Shown here piece by piece: positions 51,198 to 64,000 of a stretch of DNA of 64,000 bases (positions within the stretch are counted from its first letter, which is position 1; each line of letters begins with the position of its first letter). The notes below the pieces were generated by a model. The model saw only the letters and a list, made by a program, of their open reading frames with translations. It did not search any database and was not told the origin of the DNA. The position numbers were made by a program, and so were the translations under genes. The DNA comes from Podarcis tiliguerta (taxonomy: Eukaryota), in the NCBI GenBank assembly GCA_965153285.1, contig OZ229111.1, one strand, 5' to 3'.

Positions 51198-54079
51198 TAT
51201 ACTGGTGTAGGAAAAAACATGCTCAGCTTCGTACACCAATGAAAACCATGTTCATTAATAGGTGTGGAGTCTCAGGTGTCTACTTTGTTTTTTTGTTTTT
51301 GTTTTTTATACCGGGGGGGAAATAAAGAAGCATTGTTTGAGTCTGGTTTATCCCTAGGCAAATAGATTTTTCTCATATCGAGGAGCCCCTGTGCTTGTTG
51401 AGTAGTTGTAGCTCCAACAGCCTGGGAGTCATAGAGCCAAGCCTATGCCACCCTTCTCCAGCTCAGAGTCACCCATTACCTTTTCTCATTAGTCTGTGGC
51501 CCGCCATAGAAAAATGTTCCTCGTGCCTGGCATACACCTGTGTGAGGAACGGGCATGTATCTGTTTTGCTAAATATGCACTTGGAAAGCTGCATTTTCCA
51601 AATGTACTGCACTTTCCTCATCAGAATACATATGTATGACCTTCACGGAGCATATTGTACACTAATGTATGTTGGTTTTGCAATACCAGTGCTTGCCTAT
51701 GTGGGAAACATCATGTGTGAAATGGGGACCCTGCCTGATACAACCCGATCCAGTCAAACTCAGCATGAAACTGAACACATTTAATAGAAGTTTAACCTGC
51801 TTTTTATGAGAATCTCCTCCCCAAGCAGAGAACTGCGTACAGTAGTAATATAGACACAATAGTTAAACTTTAAACACCCCAAATCCTAAGAAACAGCCAG
51901 CATTAATGTTCTCTGTGCAAGAGTCCTTTGCAAAAATAGTAATAATAATAACAACTCCTGGACCCTAACCATAGAGTGAAGCTGTGTATGCTAGATCACT
52001 GACCCATTCACATCTCTGCTACTTGTCACTTGTAATGAATGAGATTATCAGATGGGTGTTGTGTCACTGATCTACTGATTAGCTGCCAGGCAGTCAGCTG
52101 ATTAGCAAGGGGAATTGCTGCAGTCTGCAAAGTAAAAAGACTAGAGAAGCAGCGAAATTGAGGCGCAGTAGCCAAGAGTATTTAAATAGCTTTTAATTCC
52201 AATCCTATGCACAGTCTAAATAAATCTAAATGTACGTAAGTCCTGCTAGCTTCTGTGCTTTAAGCGTATAACTCCCTCCAGATTATTTCTGGTGTTTATA
52301 TATTCAGAATGAAGATTGTTCTATCCAATGGAAGGCTGCCCAGACAAAGTCAACACTTGTCCTGGAAAGCTGGCAATACTATTCCCTCATCTTAGCCCAG
52401 AGCTACTCAGCTGATTTTGTTTCATCAGAAAGCCTTTCCCTCTCAGTTCAAATGCCACAGCTACTTGGCTGATTCCAGATTCTGAACTGCTAAAAACTCA
52501 TCAGGTGGTAGCTTCATATTTACAAATAGCAAGGACTTTTACTATAACAAAATTAACCTAGAAGTGCCACTCCTTTTAGTGGAGGTAGGTAATGTGTTGA
52601 TTTTGTAACATGAGAGTTGCCTTTATAAAAGTGGTGCTCTCTTACAGAGCTGTATTTTGCCCCTGCCATGCATGTGAGCAGGTTTCATATAGGCTACTTT
52701 TCAGCTAGGATTGCTATGTGCTTTCTAGAAGTGTCTTCATGTATTGATGTTGTTAGTAGCATAATCCAGCAGTTGTCACTACAGTATTTATGGCATGTGC
52801 TTTCAACTTCATTTTGTGTGTTAACTCATCTACTGAGCAAAACTTTTGCTCTGCATGATATCTATTGCTTGTTGTTTGGGTGAGTGAGAAAAAACCCTCA
52901 AGAATCAGGACTCCCTTGATTCAAGGGTCAAATAGTGCTAGAATTGCACAGTATTGGCTCTTTACATTATGATGGGGGATACTTTTTTGCTCACAGATAA
53001 ATAGATGTGTGTCCCAATTTTTATAATTACTTTCACTTGAATAATAGGATCTTAGTTAATGTGTAATTAACTAAGCATACACTTGTTACAAATCAGCCCT
53101 ATTATGTGTCTTCTATTTCAAATTCTTCACCTTCAGATTGATCAGAACAATAATGGCCTGGCTCGTATGTAGTACTCAGCCAGGGTTATTATACCATGGT
53201 TTGTTTTGATTTTCTAACTCACGCCTAGCTGTTTAACTATGGTTTGTTAAGCACAAACAAACAATGACAATAAGTCATGGTTTATTGTTGGCCTACAATT
53301 TCTGACTTCTTTTATCTGTGGCTTATCATTATATGTAAACTGTGTGGTGTGTTCAGCCATTGCACTCAAGTTGCTCGCCGAGCTGCAGATTTGCAAGGAA
53401 GAAAGGAATGGAAAACTTAACCACTCCCAAGATGAAGCTGCTCTCTGTGGTGCTTTGCCTGAAGAAGACTTTACTCCAAACTCTGCCTAACAACAGTTGC
53501 TTTTCCCTGCTCCACTTCTCCATGACAAGCTCTTTCCCGCAAGGCAGACAGTTTCATATTGTGGTGCAAAGGGACCTCTGTCCAGCTAGCATCTATAAAA
53601 GGATGAATAAGAAAGCAGCAGTGCACAATGGAACCGTGCATAATGATAGTTAGCCAAAAGTACTTTTATTAAAAGCTGCTTAGAGGGAAATGAAGCAATA
53701 GCTTTTGGGGTGGGGGTAATTAATAATGCAGCCATTAAAACATTTAAAACTACTAAGGTTTAAATTTGCACATTTGCACTTCTGAAAGTAGCACCATGAA
53801 ATCCTAGCAGGGTAAGAATAATTTCAATCAGCACCAAAGCCTGACACCTCCCCCCACCCTTCATACCCTGTTGATTACACTTTGCAGCTTAAGGATAATT
53901 AGCATCTTTTGTTCAAGAACTTAGAGAACAATTCTCTTGGTGCAGGGATGTCTGTTATTTGACAACCCCTCACCTGATGTTGGTGTGAGCTTTCATTTGT
54001 TTCTGGTTTTCTCAAACAGTGTTTCTATACCACTGGTAGGGGTTTTTTGTTTTCGTTGTTTTACACACACATACTCAAG

Positions 54080-55920
54080 GGAACCCCAAGGACACATCAG
54101 TGAATCTCAGCTATGGCTTGTAAATACCATGTTGCAGACACTCTCCACGATGGATGAAGAAACCCAGTCCCTTACACCCTTGGATTCTCAACAACAGATG
54201 GCCTCCCAGAGGCTAAGAGCAAAATCTTGGATAGAAGAGAAAGTGGCAGTGGCCATTTCCACATGTCCTAGAGGAACTGGTTAATTGGTATAGGAGGGAT
54301 ACTGTGTTCATCCGGCTCTCCAGTGAGATGTTCTAGCAAGGATACAATCAGAATGCTGTCTAGTGCAGGAAGAAAATGAATGCCTTGAGAAAGAAGGAAA
54401 TCACTACCCACAGCAAACACTCAGGAGTGGGGTCCAGGATGATGCTCTTCAGTGATTAGCAGTCTTCTAGACAAGAAAGATGTGACTCTGCGCTACACCT
54501 CAGGGAGTGACAACATTGTTCCCAATCAAGTGTCAGAGGGCTAATTCTAGAACAACTGCAAAGGAAACCTTCAATCAAGCCCCATCACTGCACCATTGTC
54601 CTCTGGCCAGACAAGGCAGACCCGTTTTCCCACCCTAGGATTCTCTGGCCAAGGAGAGCTACCAATTCTGCATAGACCAACACTGCCTAGCACTCCTGTC
54701 CCTCGGCGTTTATAACTCCAAGCCTTGTGCTTGTACGGTCAAAAGCAGTCCAGGTGCCCCTGGATCCTGGCTTTTTCATGCAAAGTGGACAAAGCTGCTT
54801 GGGTTGACCATGTGTTGGGTGACAACATGTCTGCAGCCCAAGGTTAGTCCAAGCTCTATCTCTGAGGATATGAAGATAATACCATCAGAAGAGCAACTGT
54901 CAAACAACGCCACTGTGTATCAAAGGGCTCTACCACCAATAGGGTCTACAGTGTTGCTCCAGAATGAAGACTTCAGCATTCTTCTATCTTAAAAGTATGA
55001 ATAGGAAAAATGAGAGCCATAGCAGACTCAGGAGGAACATCAGCATATTTTGCTGGACTTGATATCGGGAAGAGAGTTCAAGAAGGCAACCCACTGGAAG
55101 TACCTTACCTACAATGTGTTGGCACTTAGGATGCTATCAGATAAGACCAACATTGGAGAGCAGATGGTTGACTCAGCAAAACTTGACATCCAGCAAGCCT
55201 TGACAGACAAACCCCTGCCTCCACCTTTGGATTTGAACAGAGAGCCATTCCTGCTTTGGAGCCTACTCACTCTAGGGATTTCTCTCAAGGTAAGCTTACT
55301 CCATTCCCAATCTAAAGTCATCTTTGGGATGCTGACTGCCAGAGAACAACTTGCCATCATATCTGAAGCACCCTCGGTTCTAATTATTTCATTATCCTCT
55401 TTCTTACAGGATCTTTAGGCATCATAGATGAACAAGAAGAACCTGAGAAGTGCACTGTCCTTGAGAAACATGCTGAAGAGGAGGCAGCGCTAGTCTTGCG
55501 AAGGAGGCCCACTGACCTAGGTCAGCGAGGCCTAGGAACAGGAAGAAGGTGGATCAGCAGCAGCTTGCCAAGAATTTAGTTAAGACCACTAAGGACACTG
55601 GAAATAGAATTGCATAAACTTTTTATGGGCTTGATGACCAAAAACCTCAACAGAGATTTCAGAACTGTCAAGTTTTGACATAGTACGCATGTGAACACAT
55701 GGCTGAAACCATGGCATCAGCTGTGAGAGACTCTGATGCTGTCTTCAAGAGGTACATGGTACAGAGAGCAGCCTTAAGACTGTATAAAGGTATGCTTCCG
55801 TTGTGGAGTGCAGTGTGGGTTACATGACATAGCACTACGTGCAAGTTAGCTACCACCTCACCCAAATCCCATTCTTCAGTTTCAGCAGCATACTCTTATC
55901 ACCATTAATCTCCCTCGGAA
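54080..55920 (-). mobile_element. Probable decayed DIRS-type tyrosine-recombinase retrotransposon
   Basis: Minus-strand motifs in DIRS order: PKDP..RK (gag-like), PIGGR...SSD (RT start), INAEG..GVEN (RNase H-like). Many stops and frameshifts. Confidence 0.4.
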
Positions 55921-58443
55921 CCTTGCAAAGTTGTAAATGTGGAATATTCACCATAGGAACAAGTCACTTTTCATTGAGTTTGCTTTGTATTACAAGCTTA
56001 GTATGGAACAGCACTACTTGTTACCGTTTGAAAGTCAGGTTAAGGAACTATTTAAGTAAAGCTCGAGCAAAGTGTGGTTGGGGTTACTTCCCTAACAGTA
56101 ATACAAAAGCACATTGCAGAAAAATGCTTAATTCTTTAAGTGAGCCATTGTTGTAAGTTATCTCCTTTTAAATTAGCAGGTTTAATATTTACTTTTCTGT
56201 AACTGCACTGGTTTGTAATATCTACTGCTGAAAAGACAGTGGTTTAAGATGTTTCTTTAAATGTATAGGGGTAATTAGAAGTTTGCTCTTCAAAATAGTT
56301 TTATACTGAAAAATATGTACTTTGGTACTTGCTCTACCTTTACTGTTTAAACATGACGAGACTAAAAACATGTATGCAGTCACGTTAATGTGTTTTCTCT
56401 CTGTCTGTGGGGTGGGGACATTGATCAAGGGTGAGGAGAAGCAGCCAGAGGTGGTGATGCCCACAGCTGACTCTCAAAATTCCCAATGTGCCCTTGGGCT
56501 CAAAAATGTTAGCAGCACTTGGCCTTTGGGAAGCAGGCATAGCCACGTTGCCTAGCTTTGTTTGCTCTCAGTAACTGTTGTATTGTAGTGAAATCTGGTT
56601 GGTTGGATGATGACAGCACTGTTACCAGGATAAGAGTCTGTTTTTGAACATCAGTATGTGCAAGCTGTTTGACGTTTCTGTTATTTCTGTCTCTCATTGT
56701 GGCTCAGCTTTCATGGCAAACAGGGAATGAACCGTTCTCAATTCATAGCAGTGATGTCATCCAGACCTTGGGAAGCAATTTCCTGCTTTAGAGTAGTTTC
56801 ACTATGTTGGCTCTTCTTCTGGTAACTGAAGTGTTAGGGACTTGCTTTGAAATTTCTCCTGTGACCAACTGCTGTGGAGTGTTCCAAAAAAACGTTTTCT
56901 TTTTTCCAAGCTGGTTACCATCAAAGGCCCATTTTAAAATTGAGCTTTGAGAAAGGATCCATACAAACTGCCTACATGCAATCTTAGCAGTTAAAGAAGA
57001 CCTTTCATTTCTTTTTCTCTCTGTGTATTCATTTTCCCATAAGGATTCTTTCCCTTCTGCCCTGTTCCCTCAGGCGTAATGTTTTATCTTCTTGCAATTC
57101 TCCTTTTTATTTCTAATTTGCATATGAATATGAGTAAGGGCTAGTTTATACAGACCTTTCCTAGCTAATTAATATTTCTGATCTCCATTGTGGAGGTTTG
57201 GAAGCACTATTTCAGCTCACATTTGTAATTTGGAACAATTGCTTCCCTGCAGCCAGAATTTCAACACCAGAAATCCCATGAGATACCAGAAACTTCTTTT
57301 TTCACTCTCTAGGAGAGACACTGCGCATCAGATATAGACAGTTTCATGAAAGGCTGTTAAACTGGTTTTCAGTATGGTTTCTTTCTAAGCATTTTCAAAT
57401 GATGACAGAGAAGTTTTTCTTTCATAATAATGTTCAGCCAATTAATATTTATACTGTTGAGCTACTTCAGGTTATAATAACACTATTCATGAATGAGGTG
57501 GTGATATCTACAGTAGTTCATTGAATGGCCAATTTGGTAGTCCAGTCTTTTGTTGAGCATCCTATAGAAACTTGTACTCAAGCAACGTCTTTTTAATGGA
57601 AATTGGATCAAATTATCATAGTCTCAAATTAAACATATTGATCTTGGAGTTTTTTAAAAAAAATATCAGGGTGATGAAGGAAAAACAAGTAGAGACAACA
57701 TGGATTGGTCTCCATCCATGGAGGATGGAGGGTTCAAAGGATTCAATCCAACTGACTGATCTTTAAATGCTTTCCTCATTTTCCCCCTAATGCTTTCTTA
57801 ATTCTTTTTTTTAGGCCTTTGCCACAACAAAATATGCAAAAACAAACAAACAAACCCAAACCCTTCTGTTAAAAGCAAAGTAAAATTAACGCTGAATTTA
57901 TATTTTATTTTGTGATTTATAATATGCTGCTTTATTGTGTATTGTTGTAACTTCATAGTTACATAGTCTATTAGCCAGCTTGGGCACTGAAGATGTGTAG
58001 GTAGAATACAAAAATATTATATTAAATAACATACCACTTAAGGCACCTGAACAGCCTGTATACTAGGCTTCATTCCTAAACCCTATCTTGGTCTTCAGTT
58101 ATCCGTGTGGCCGATATAGGCAGAAGTTCAGGCTGTGCAGCTCATGCAGCCACCTTCCTGCAACCACTAAGGTAATGCCTTTGAGAAAAATGACCTGTGC
58201 CATGACTAAAGAGTATAGGAAGACATCCTTTGGATAAGCAGTTACCCTTTGGATAGGCTAGAACTATTCATTTCTGCTTTACAATCTGCACCAGTTATCA
58301 TTAGTAATTTAATTGTTGATGAGTTGAATGGTTCTTTGAGCTTTGGCATCTCGTAACTAGTTTTGTTTCCAGAAGATTTTCTAGATACTGGTAGTTAATC
58401 ATTAGGAAGACTTAACTGTTGTTTGTTTTAATTTCCTATGAAG

Positions 58444-58619
58444 GTGGCTGCAATTAACCCTAACCATCCACTGGCTCAGATGCCCTTGCCTCCTTCAATG
58501 AAAAATTGCATTCAACTGGCAGCATGTGAAGCCAGTGAGTTGTTACCGATGATCCCTGACCTGCCAGCTGACCTGTTCACATCCTGTCTTACTACACCAA
58601 TCAAGATTGCACTGAGATG
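58444..58619 (+). CDS. RPTOR: RPTOR coding exon (equivalent to human exon 6): [58 protein letters not shown](W)
   Basis: In-frame continuation. AAG acceptor with a CTTAAC branch-like motif at 58411-58416; donor TG|GTGAGT. Length 176 nt, ending in phase 2. Confidence 0.97.
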
Positions 58620-59914
58620 GTGAGTGACTTGCCTGCTATTTGGAGGAATATTGCATGTTCTATGAGCCTTGCCTGTTGGACTGATAGACTTGTTGACCCA
58701 AATACTTCAACTGCTCTAAAATATCTCTGCAGAACTAAATTACAAGGATTGAGGTGTTCATCTGGGAGAGTATCTTATTAAGCATATTTTCACCTTCTTG
58801 GCTTTGATTATCCTTCTGTTTATTACGTTTTGGATTCTAGCTGGATATTTGGGTTTGCTCAGATTAAGGGACTTACTGTGCTGGAAATTAAAATAGTCTG
58901 CCTTTTCACAAATCAGAAATACCATATGGTACAACACAATGTTATATCAGTAGAGCATTTTCCAGACAAGCTATAGCGCTGATCCTCAAGTTCTTCTACT
59001 TGTGCATATTTCGTTTATTCCACAGGAGGTTTTCAGTGGTACTACGCTTTGAGGATTGGGGTGTAAATCCCATATGTTACAAAAATGCTTCAAATAAGCT
59101 AGTTAAGCAATAGCATGGAGTACAAAAATTCGCAGGCATAAACAAAAGAGAAGATGATTTGAAGTGATGTGGCCTTCTGCTGAGGCGGAGAGAGATGAAA
59201 GCATATTCTAAGAAGTTTACACTACCAAAACAAGTGGAACACCAGATACCTAATAGCTCTGATGCATAAACAAGTTTAAAGCTTTAGTAAATAGAAAGAG
59301 TGTCCAGTGCTTTCTTTTCCTCTTTCTGTTTTTCATGTCACCCTGCAGAATTAAGATTATTTTGTCAGCTCTTCTGCTTTTGCAGTATTTGTGAAATTAT
59401 TGCAGTTGAGTTGCAGTGTCAGTTTTGTATGCATATCCTGGCTTTCCACTCTGAACAGCTTTGCACTTTACATGACAAACCCAATTGCTTTTGGTAGCAA
59501 ACTTTTAAAAGTGTGGACAACAGCATGCATGTATTTTTAAATAGTTGTGGGGAGCTCTGGTCCAGTCAGGATTCCCAGATGGCTATATTTAAGGTGAAGG
59601 TATACCATCCACACTTAGCATATTTTCTCAGGAAATGGTGATGTAGTGCTGGTGAGCATAGAGCAATCAGGTGTGCTGTGTGGAACAGCCCTTTGGTGAA
59701 ATCTGCAACGTCTATTTTCCTTAGCTGTGAAAGTCCCACATGGTAAGTTGCCAGTCTGCTATAAACAGAAGTTAAAAGCCTTATGCTGCTATGTCTTTAT
59801 GTTCACTGAACTCAAAATAATTACTATGAAGTGGTCTTAAATTCATTTGGATTTTTTTTTGGGGGGGGAAGTAGTTTGAGGATTAGAATGTTAAGGATGT
59901 TGAGGTCCTAAACA

Positions 59915-60009
59915 CTTTTTAATGCTGATGTTTTTATTATGTTTTTAATTATGCTGTAAGCCTCCCAGAGTAGCTGGGGAAACCTAATAATAATAATAAT
60001 AATAATAAT
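59915..60009 (+). mobile_element. L2 3' tail fragment with (TAA)n
   Basis: GTAAGCCTCCCAGAGTAGCTGGGGAAACC followed by TAA repeats. Confidence 0.65.
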
Positions 60010-62317
60010 CCTATTTATTAAAAGAAACCAGTGCTTAGTTGACAAGTCCCAAGAAGAAATGTCAGAGTGTAGCTCGTTCACATGAATTAGTGTATAAACT
60101 AGCCAATGTGATGTATGTGCTGTTTTCACCATCGGTGTCAATCGTCCTATCATCTTACATTTCTGTCCGGACTTCTCCAAAAATTGTTTTTGAGGTCTCA
60201 GCATTCAAAATGTAGAAATCCATTTATAATACCTGAATCGGGTGGTTTCATGGTATATAATATATAGGCCAGGGTTTTCTTTCATGCTTTCCTATTGCTT
60301 TCCTACGATAGACCCTGATAATTTTTATGAAGCCATTAAAAATGATAACACAGTTCATATAATAGATATGTGTTAGTCATTGTTCATTATATTAATATTT
60401 TATATCAGAAGCTACTAGCTTCAATTACTTGATATTACTTCCCATATGATGGTGTGGTGCCTCTGAGTACCAGGTGCGGGGGTTTTGAGTGGGATAATGC
60501 TATTTTACTTATGTCCTGCTTTTGGACTTCCCATTGGTATCTAGTTGGCCATTGTTAGAACAGAACGCTAGACTAGATGGGACTTCTGTTCCGATTTAGC
60601 GGGTTTTTATAATATTTTAATAACAGAACAGTAAACCAGTTGTTTGCTTTTACTTAACCTGTTCAGTAGAAGGTGATTGTAGAGTGGATTGATAGACTAT
60701 TACCAGCAAACGCTTTTGTCATTTTTACCATATTAACAATTCCTTGAGATAGTTGCTCAGTATCAGTCCCTTTTTTGCAAGTCTGTTTTTATACAACCCA
60801 TCCCAGAGAGGGAAATAAGCAAGGAACAATAAAATGGGTCTGTGCTTATAAGGAAATCATATATACAGTATTTTTTTTTGAAAAGCAATTCTAGAGAGAC
60901 CTTTTAAGTTATATGATTGATGTATGGGAAATTTTTCTTTTCTGTGAGCAAGTTCTTTGTATAAAGAAGGAAGGAAATTCATGGCTATATTTCTGTGGAA
61001 CTCAAATAGGATGAATAAAAACCCATCTGGATTTTCTTTCCTCCAAAACTCATATAATTATCTCAAGACTTTTAGTGCAACAAATTAAGCATAAGTACAA
61101 ATACAGTTCAGCAAAAGCTTTGTCCCTGGTAGAAATCTGTATTTAGTGGCTTCAGTTTAGAAACATAAATATCAATCTATATCCAAAGATGTGGCATAAA
61201 TGAAATAGCGCCATAATGTTTTTAAGGAGGGATACTTCTGTGGTAGCCTTGAGTCTGAGAAATGGATTTGCAATTATTATAAATTCATGTGATTTTGTGA
61301 TTGATTCTATGATTCTATGGCCGGGGTTGATAAGGGGTTTGGGTTTGTATCATCTGAAAGATAACACCTCTAGCATCTCAGTGCCTTCAGCAACATTCTA
61401 GTACGAAGTGAGGTAGTCTTATGGAATATTTTGTTCCTTTTCTGTGTCTTGTTTTGTGGTACAACCTTAATGATATTTATATAACTTCAATTTGCTTTGA
61501 CATCATTCAGTGAATGAAGAGTGAGCAAATAATATTGTGTTATACACGAGAGCCTGAGTCAATACAGTACAGCAAATAAACCATGACAATTTTTAAGCCT
61601 AGTTACCATATTCATTGTTTCTAAGTCTGCAGCTTGTTTGAGCACATTTCTGAAGCTCAAGGAATACATTGGGGAGTTAGATTGTAGCTGGATTCTGCAA
61701 TATTCAAAACACCCTTAAAGTCTCTGCTTATTTTTCCTGATTTATTATGGATATTGGAGCATTTTGCTTTGTGTTCAATATGTGTGCAAAATGAGTGGTT
61801 GTTACATGTTATTGAGGAAGGTAAGGGGGGATATGTCATAAATTAATTAATTTTTATCCAACCATACTTTTCTGTTAGTGCAATATATTTCTGCTTGCAG
61901 AATTGAACTTTTTCCTCTTCTTTCCCCTGTAGCTCCCTGCATGCCATCAAAATCAGTTCTGGAGGATTAGCAGACACTCTGGAGCAGATTTGGGGGGGGG
62001 GGTACAGAGGAGTGGAGAGGAAAATCCCATTGTGCAAATGGACCTCTGCCCACAGAGCATTGGCTGCAACCCACAATGTTTTAAGTGAATAAATGAATCT
62101 GCTTTTTTTTTAATGCAACAGATACTGCTTTTCTTTATCTGCTACATTTGTCTCTTCTCCTTCCTTCAAAAAATTCAAGGCAGGGTACTTGCTCTTCCCT
62201 TCCCTATTTTGACCTTTGAGCAGCTTAGGCTGGGAGAGAGTGACTTTGTCCCTGTCTTATAAGAGGACCCACCAAGAGCATTTTGCCTTTGTTTAAGGGG
62301 AGTCTGCTGACTTCCTT

Positions 62318-62990
62318 CCTCCCAATATGATTCTGAGCACAATTCAAAGTGTTGGTGCTGACCTTTAAAGCCCTAAACCAAGGGTCAGCAACCTTTTTCA
62401 GCCGTGGACCAGTCCACCGTCCCTCAGACCATGTGGTGGGCCGGACTGTATTTTGGGAGGGCAAATGAACGAATTCCTATGCCCCACAAATAACCCAGAG
62501 ATGCATTTTAAATAAAAGGACACATTCTACTCATGTAAAAATACGCTGGGTCCTGGACCGTCTGTGGGCCGGATTGAGAAGCCAATTGGGCCGCATCCGG
62601 CCCGTGGGCCTTAGGTTGCCTACCCCTGCCCTAAAATGCCTCGGTCCTGTATATCTGAAGGAGCATCTTTACCCACATTGTTCTGCCCAGACACTGAGAT
62701 CCACCTCTGAGGACCTTCTGGCAGTTCCCTCACTGCGAGAAGGGAGGTTACAGGGGACCAGGCAGAAGGCCTTCTCGGTAGTGGCGCCTGCCCTGTGGAA
62801 TGCCCTCCCATCAGATAAGGAAATAAACAACTATCTGACTTTTAAAAGACATCTGAAGGCAGCCCTGTTTAGGGAAGTTTTTTATGTCTTACGTTTTATT
62901 GTATTTTTAATATTTTGTTGGAAGCCGCCCAGAGTGGCTGGGGAAACCCAGCCAGATGGGTGGGGTATAAATCATCATCATCATCATCAT
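62318..62990 (+). mobile_element. Relatively young L2 3' end (ORF2 C-terminus, 3' UTR, (ATC)n tail), interrupted by a hAT MITE
   Basis: QFKVLVLTFKAL|..GPVYLKEHL..LRS..KAFSVVAPALWNALP..FKRHLKAALF. Confidence 0.88.
62379..62628. mobile_element. hAT-type MITE, family B copy 2
   Basis: Colinear with 3761-4010; TSD CCCTAAAC / CCCTAAAA. Confidence 0.9.
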
Positions 62991-64000
62991 CTTGGTCTTG
63001 CTCCCCACAACCCTAAACATTTAGTGCCAGCCTGTCTCAGCATTCACTACAAGAAGCATCAAGGAATGGATCAATGTCAAACAAACAGTCCTCCTTTGTT
63101 TGTAGTAATAAGTCCTCTTTTGTGCAACTCTGCAGTGAGGTATGTTATTTGTATTGAATGTACCCGTATATATAACATAATGAAATGTAACTTTTCTTGG
63201 AATTTATAAGTTTGGGGTGGTGACGGTGGATGTGTTCTATTTAGCAATTAAGGCCTGGATTGAATGGAGAGAGGAGGATGAAGCTGTTGGCAGAAAAGTG
63301 AAATTCCCTCGTATTGATGATAGCAGACTGAATGCTTATTTTTGTTTTATGTTATTTATTAATAAATAATTAATAAGCCTAGTACATCTCAAAGGAACCA
63401 GAAGGTAGGGAGTGCAGTTCCCTTGCCAGTCCTTTCTCTTCCAAACTTGAAAATGCTATAAAAGATTATTATTTGTGTAAGGGAGTTTAACAGCTATTGA
63501 GGCAAGCTGCCCACGCTCCAATCTAGGCTTCATAGCTCACAACCAGAGGCATGGAAAGTGTCTCTGGAAGAGTACTTTTCTGTCCTTGGTATCACTGAAC
63601 TGCAAAGGAATCAGGTGTTCAGAGAACAGTAAAAATAAATGTACAAACTGGACATTTTAGGGGTCATAGTGCGTCTCCCAGATTAATGTGTTCATCTTTG
63701 TACGGAAGCCTAGCTTTTATTTTGAAATTGGGCTATTGTTTTCTGGTGTTGAAAGACATGCAGGGACCGAGTAACACCAAAATGAACTGATTCTGGTAGA
63801 GAAAAGCATTCTCTTCCATGTTATGCTACAGGCTCTTAATATTCAGTGCTTTGCAACAGAGTCATTCTCTGCAGGTACGGCTTGCTGTAAGGCTGGAGGT
63901 CCATTTACATTTTGCATCACTCTGAGATTAGTATATAAAGATCATTGCTTATCACATGCCTGGATGGCATGCACATTAATAATGTGGGCTATAGACCTTT

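Noticed and set aside
50645-51325. Dense cluster of overlapping ORFs / CpG-island-like segment
   Set aside because: It lies within a TIR-bounded MITE, and high GC suppresses stop codons.
58405-58443. CTTAAC near the acceptor, suggesting a U12-type intron
   Set aside because: The matching donor is GTGAGA (U2-type) rather than GTATCC/ATATCC.
59415-59450. FCM peptide after CAG, resembling the start of the next RPTOR exon (FCMQK...)
   Set aside because: It continues FCMHILA and the acceptor phase does not fit. The next exon was not found in the window.
62574-63209. 211-aa ORF with a His tract
   Set aside because: It is a chimera of the MITE end, the L2 ORF2 C-terminus and an (ATC)n tail.
1-64000. 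A novel multi-gene biological system
   Set aside because: All recognisable coding signal is either RPTOR or transposon-derived. Nothing supports an independent new gene or system.

Overview
Vertebrate genomic DNA. The Sauria SINE and Squam-type SINEs identify it as squamate, probably a lacertid lizard (inference). The window lies inside the + strand RPTOR (Raptor, mTORC1 scaffold) gene. It holds three canonical coding exons: 41225-41383, 45385-45531 and 58444-58619. From recalled protein sequence and exon sizes these match human exons 4-6 in the caspase-like RNC domain. Everything else is intron, including more than 41 kb upstream of the first exon. The introns carry a young Sauria SINE with a 13-bp TSD, tRNA/CORE SINEs, hAT and Tc1/mariner-type MITEs with intact TIRs and TSDs, decayed L2 and CR1 LINEs, probable DIRS relics, microsatellites, a near-perfect 156-bp tandem duplication and a 175-N assembly gap. 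Almost all other ORFs in the track are spurious or TE-derived. I found no convincing previously undescribed biological system. The best leads are hypotheses: inverted MITEs bracketing two phase-0 exons (a possible stop-free circRNA), repeated MITE insertion into the same part of L2 remnants with a shared target motif, and candidate conserved enhancers or recursive splice sites.
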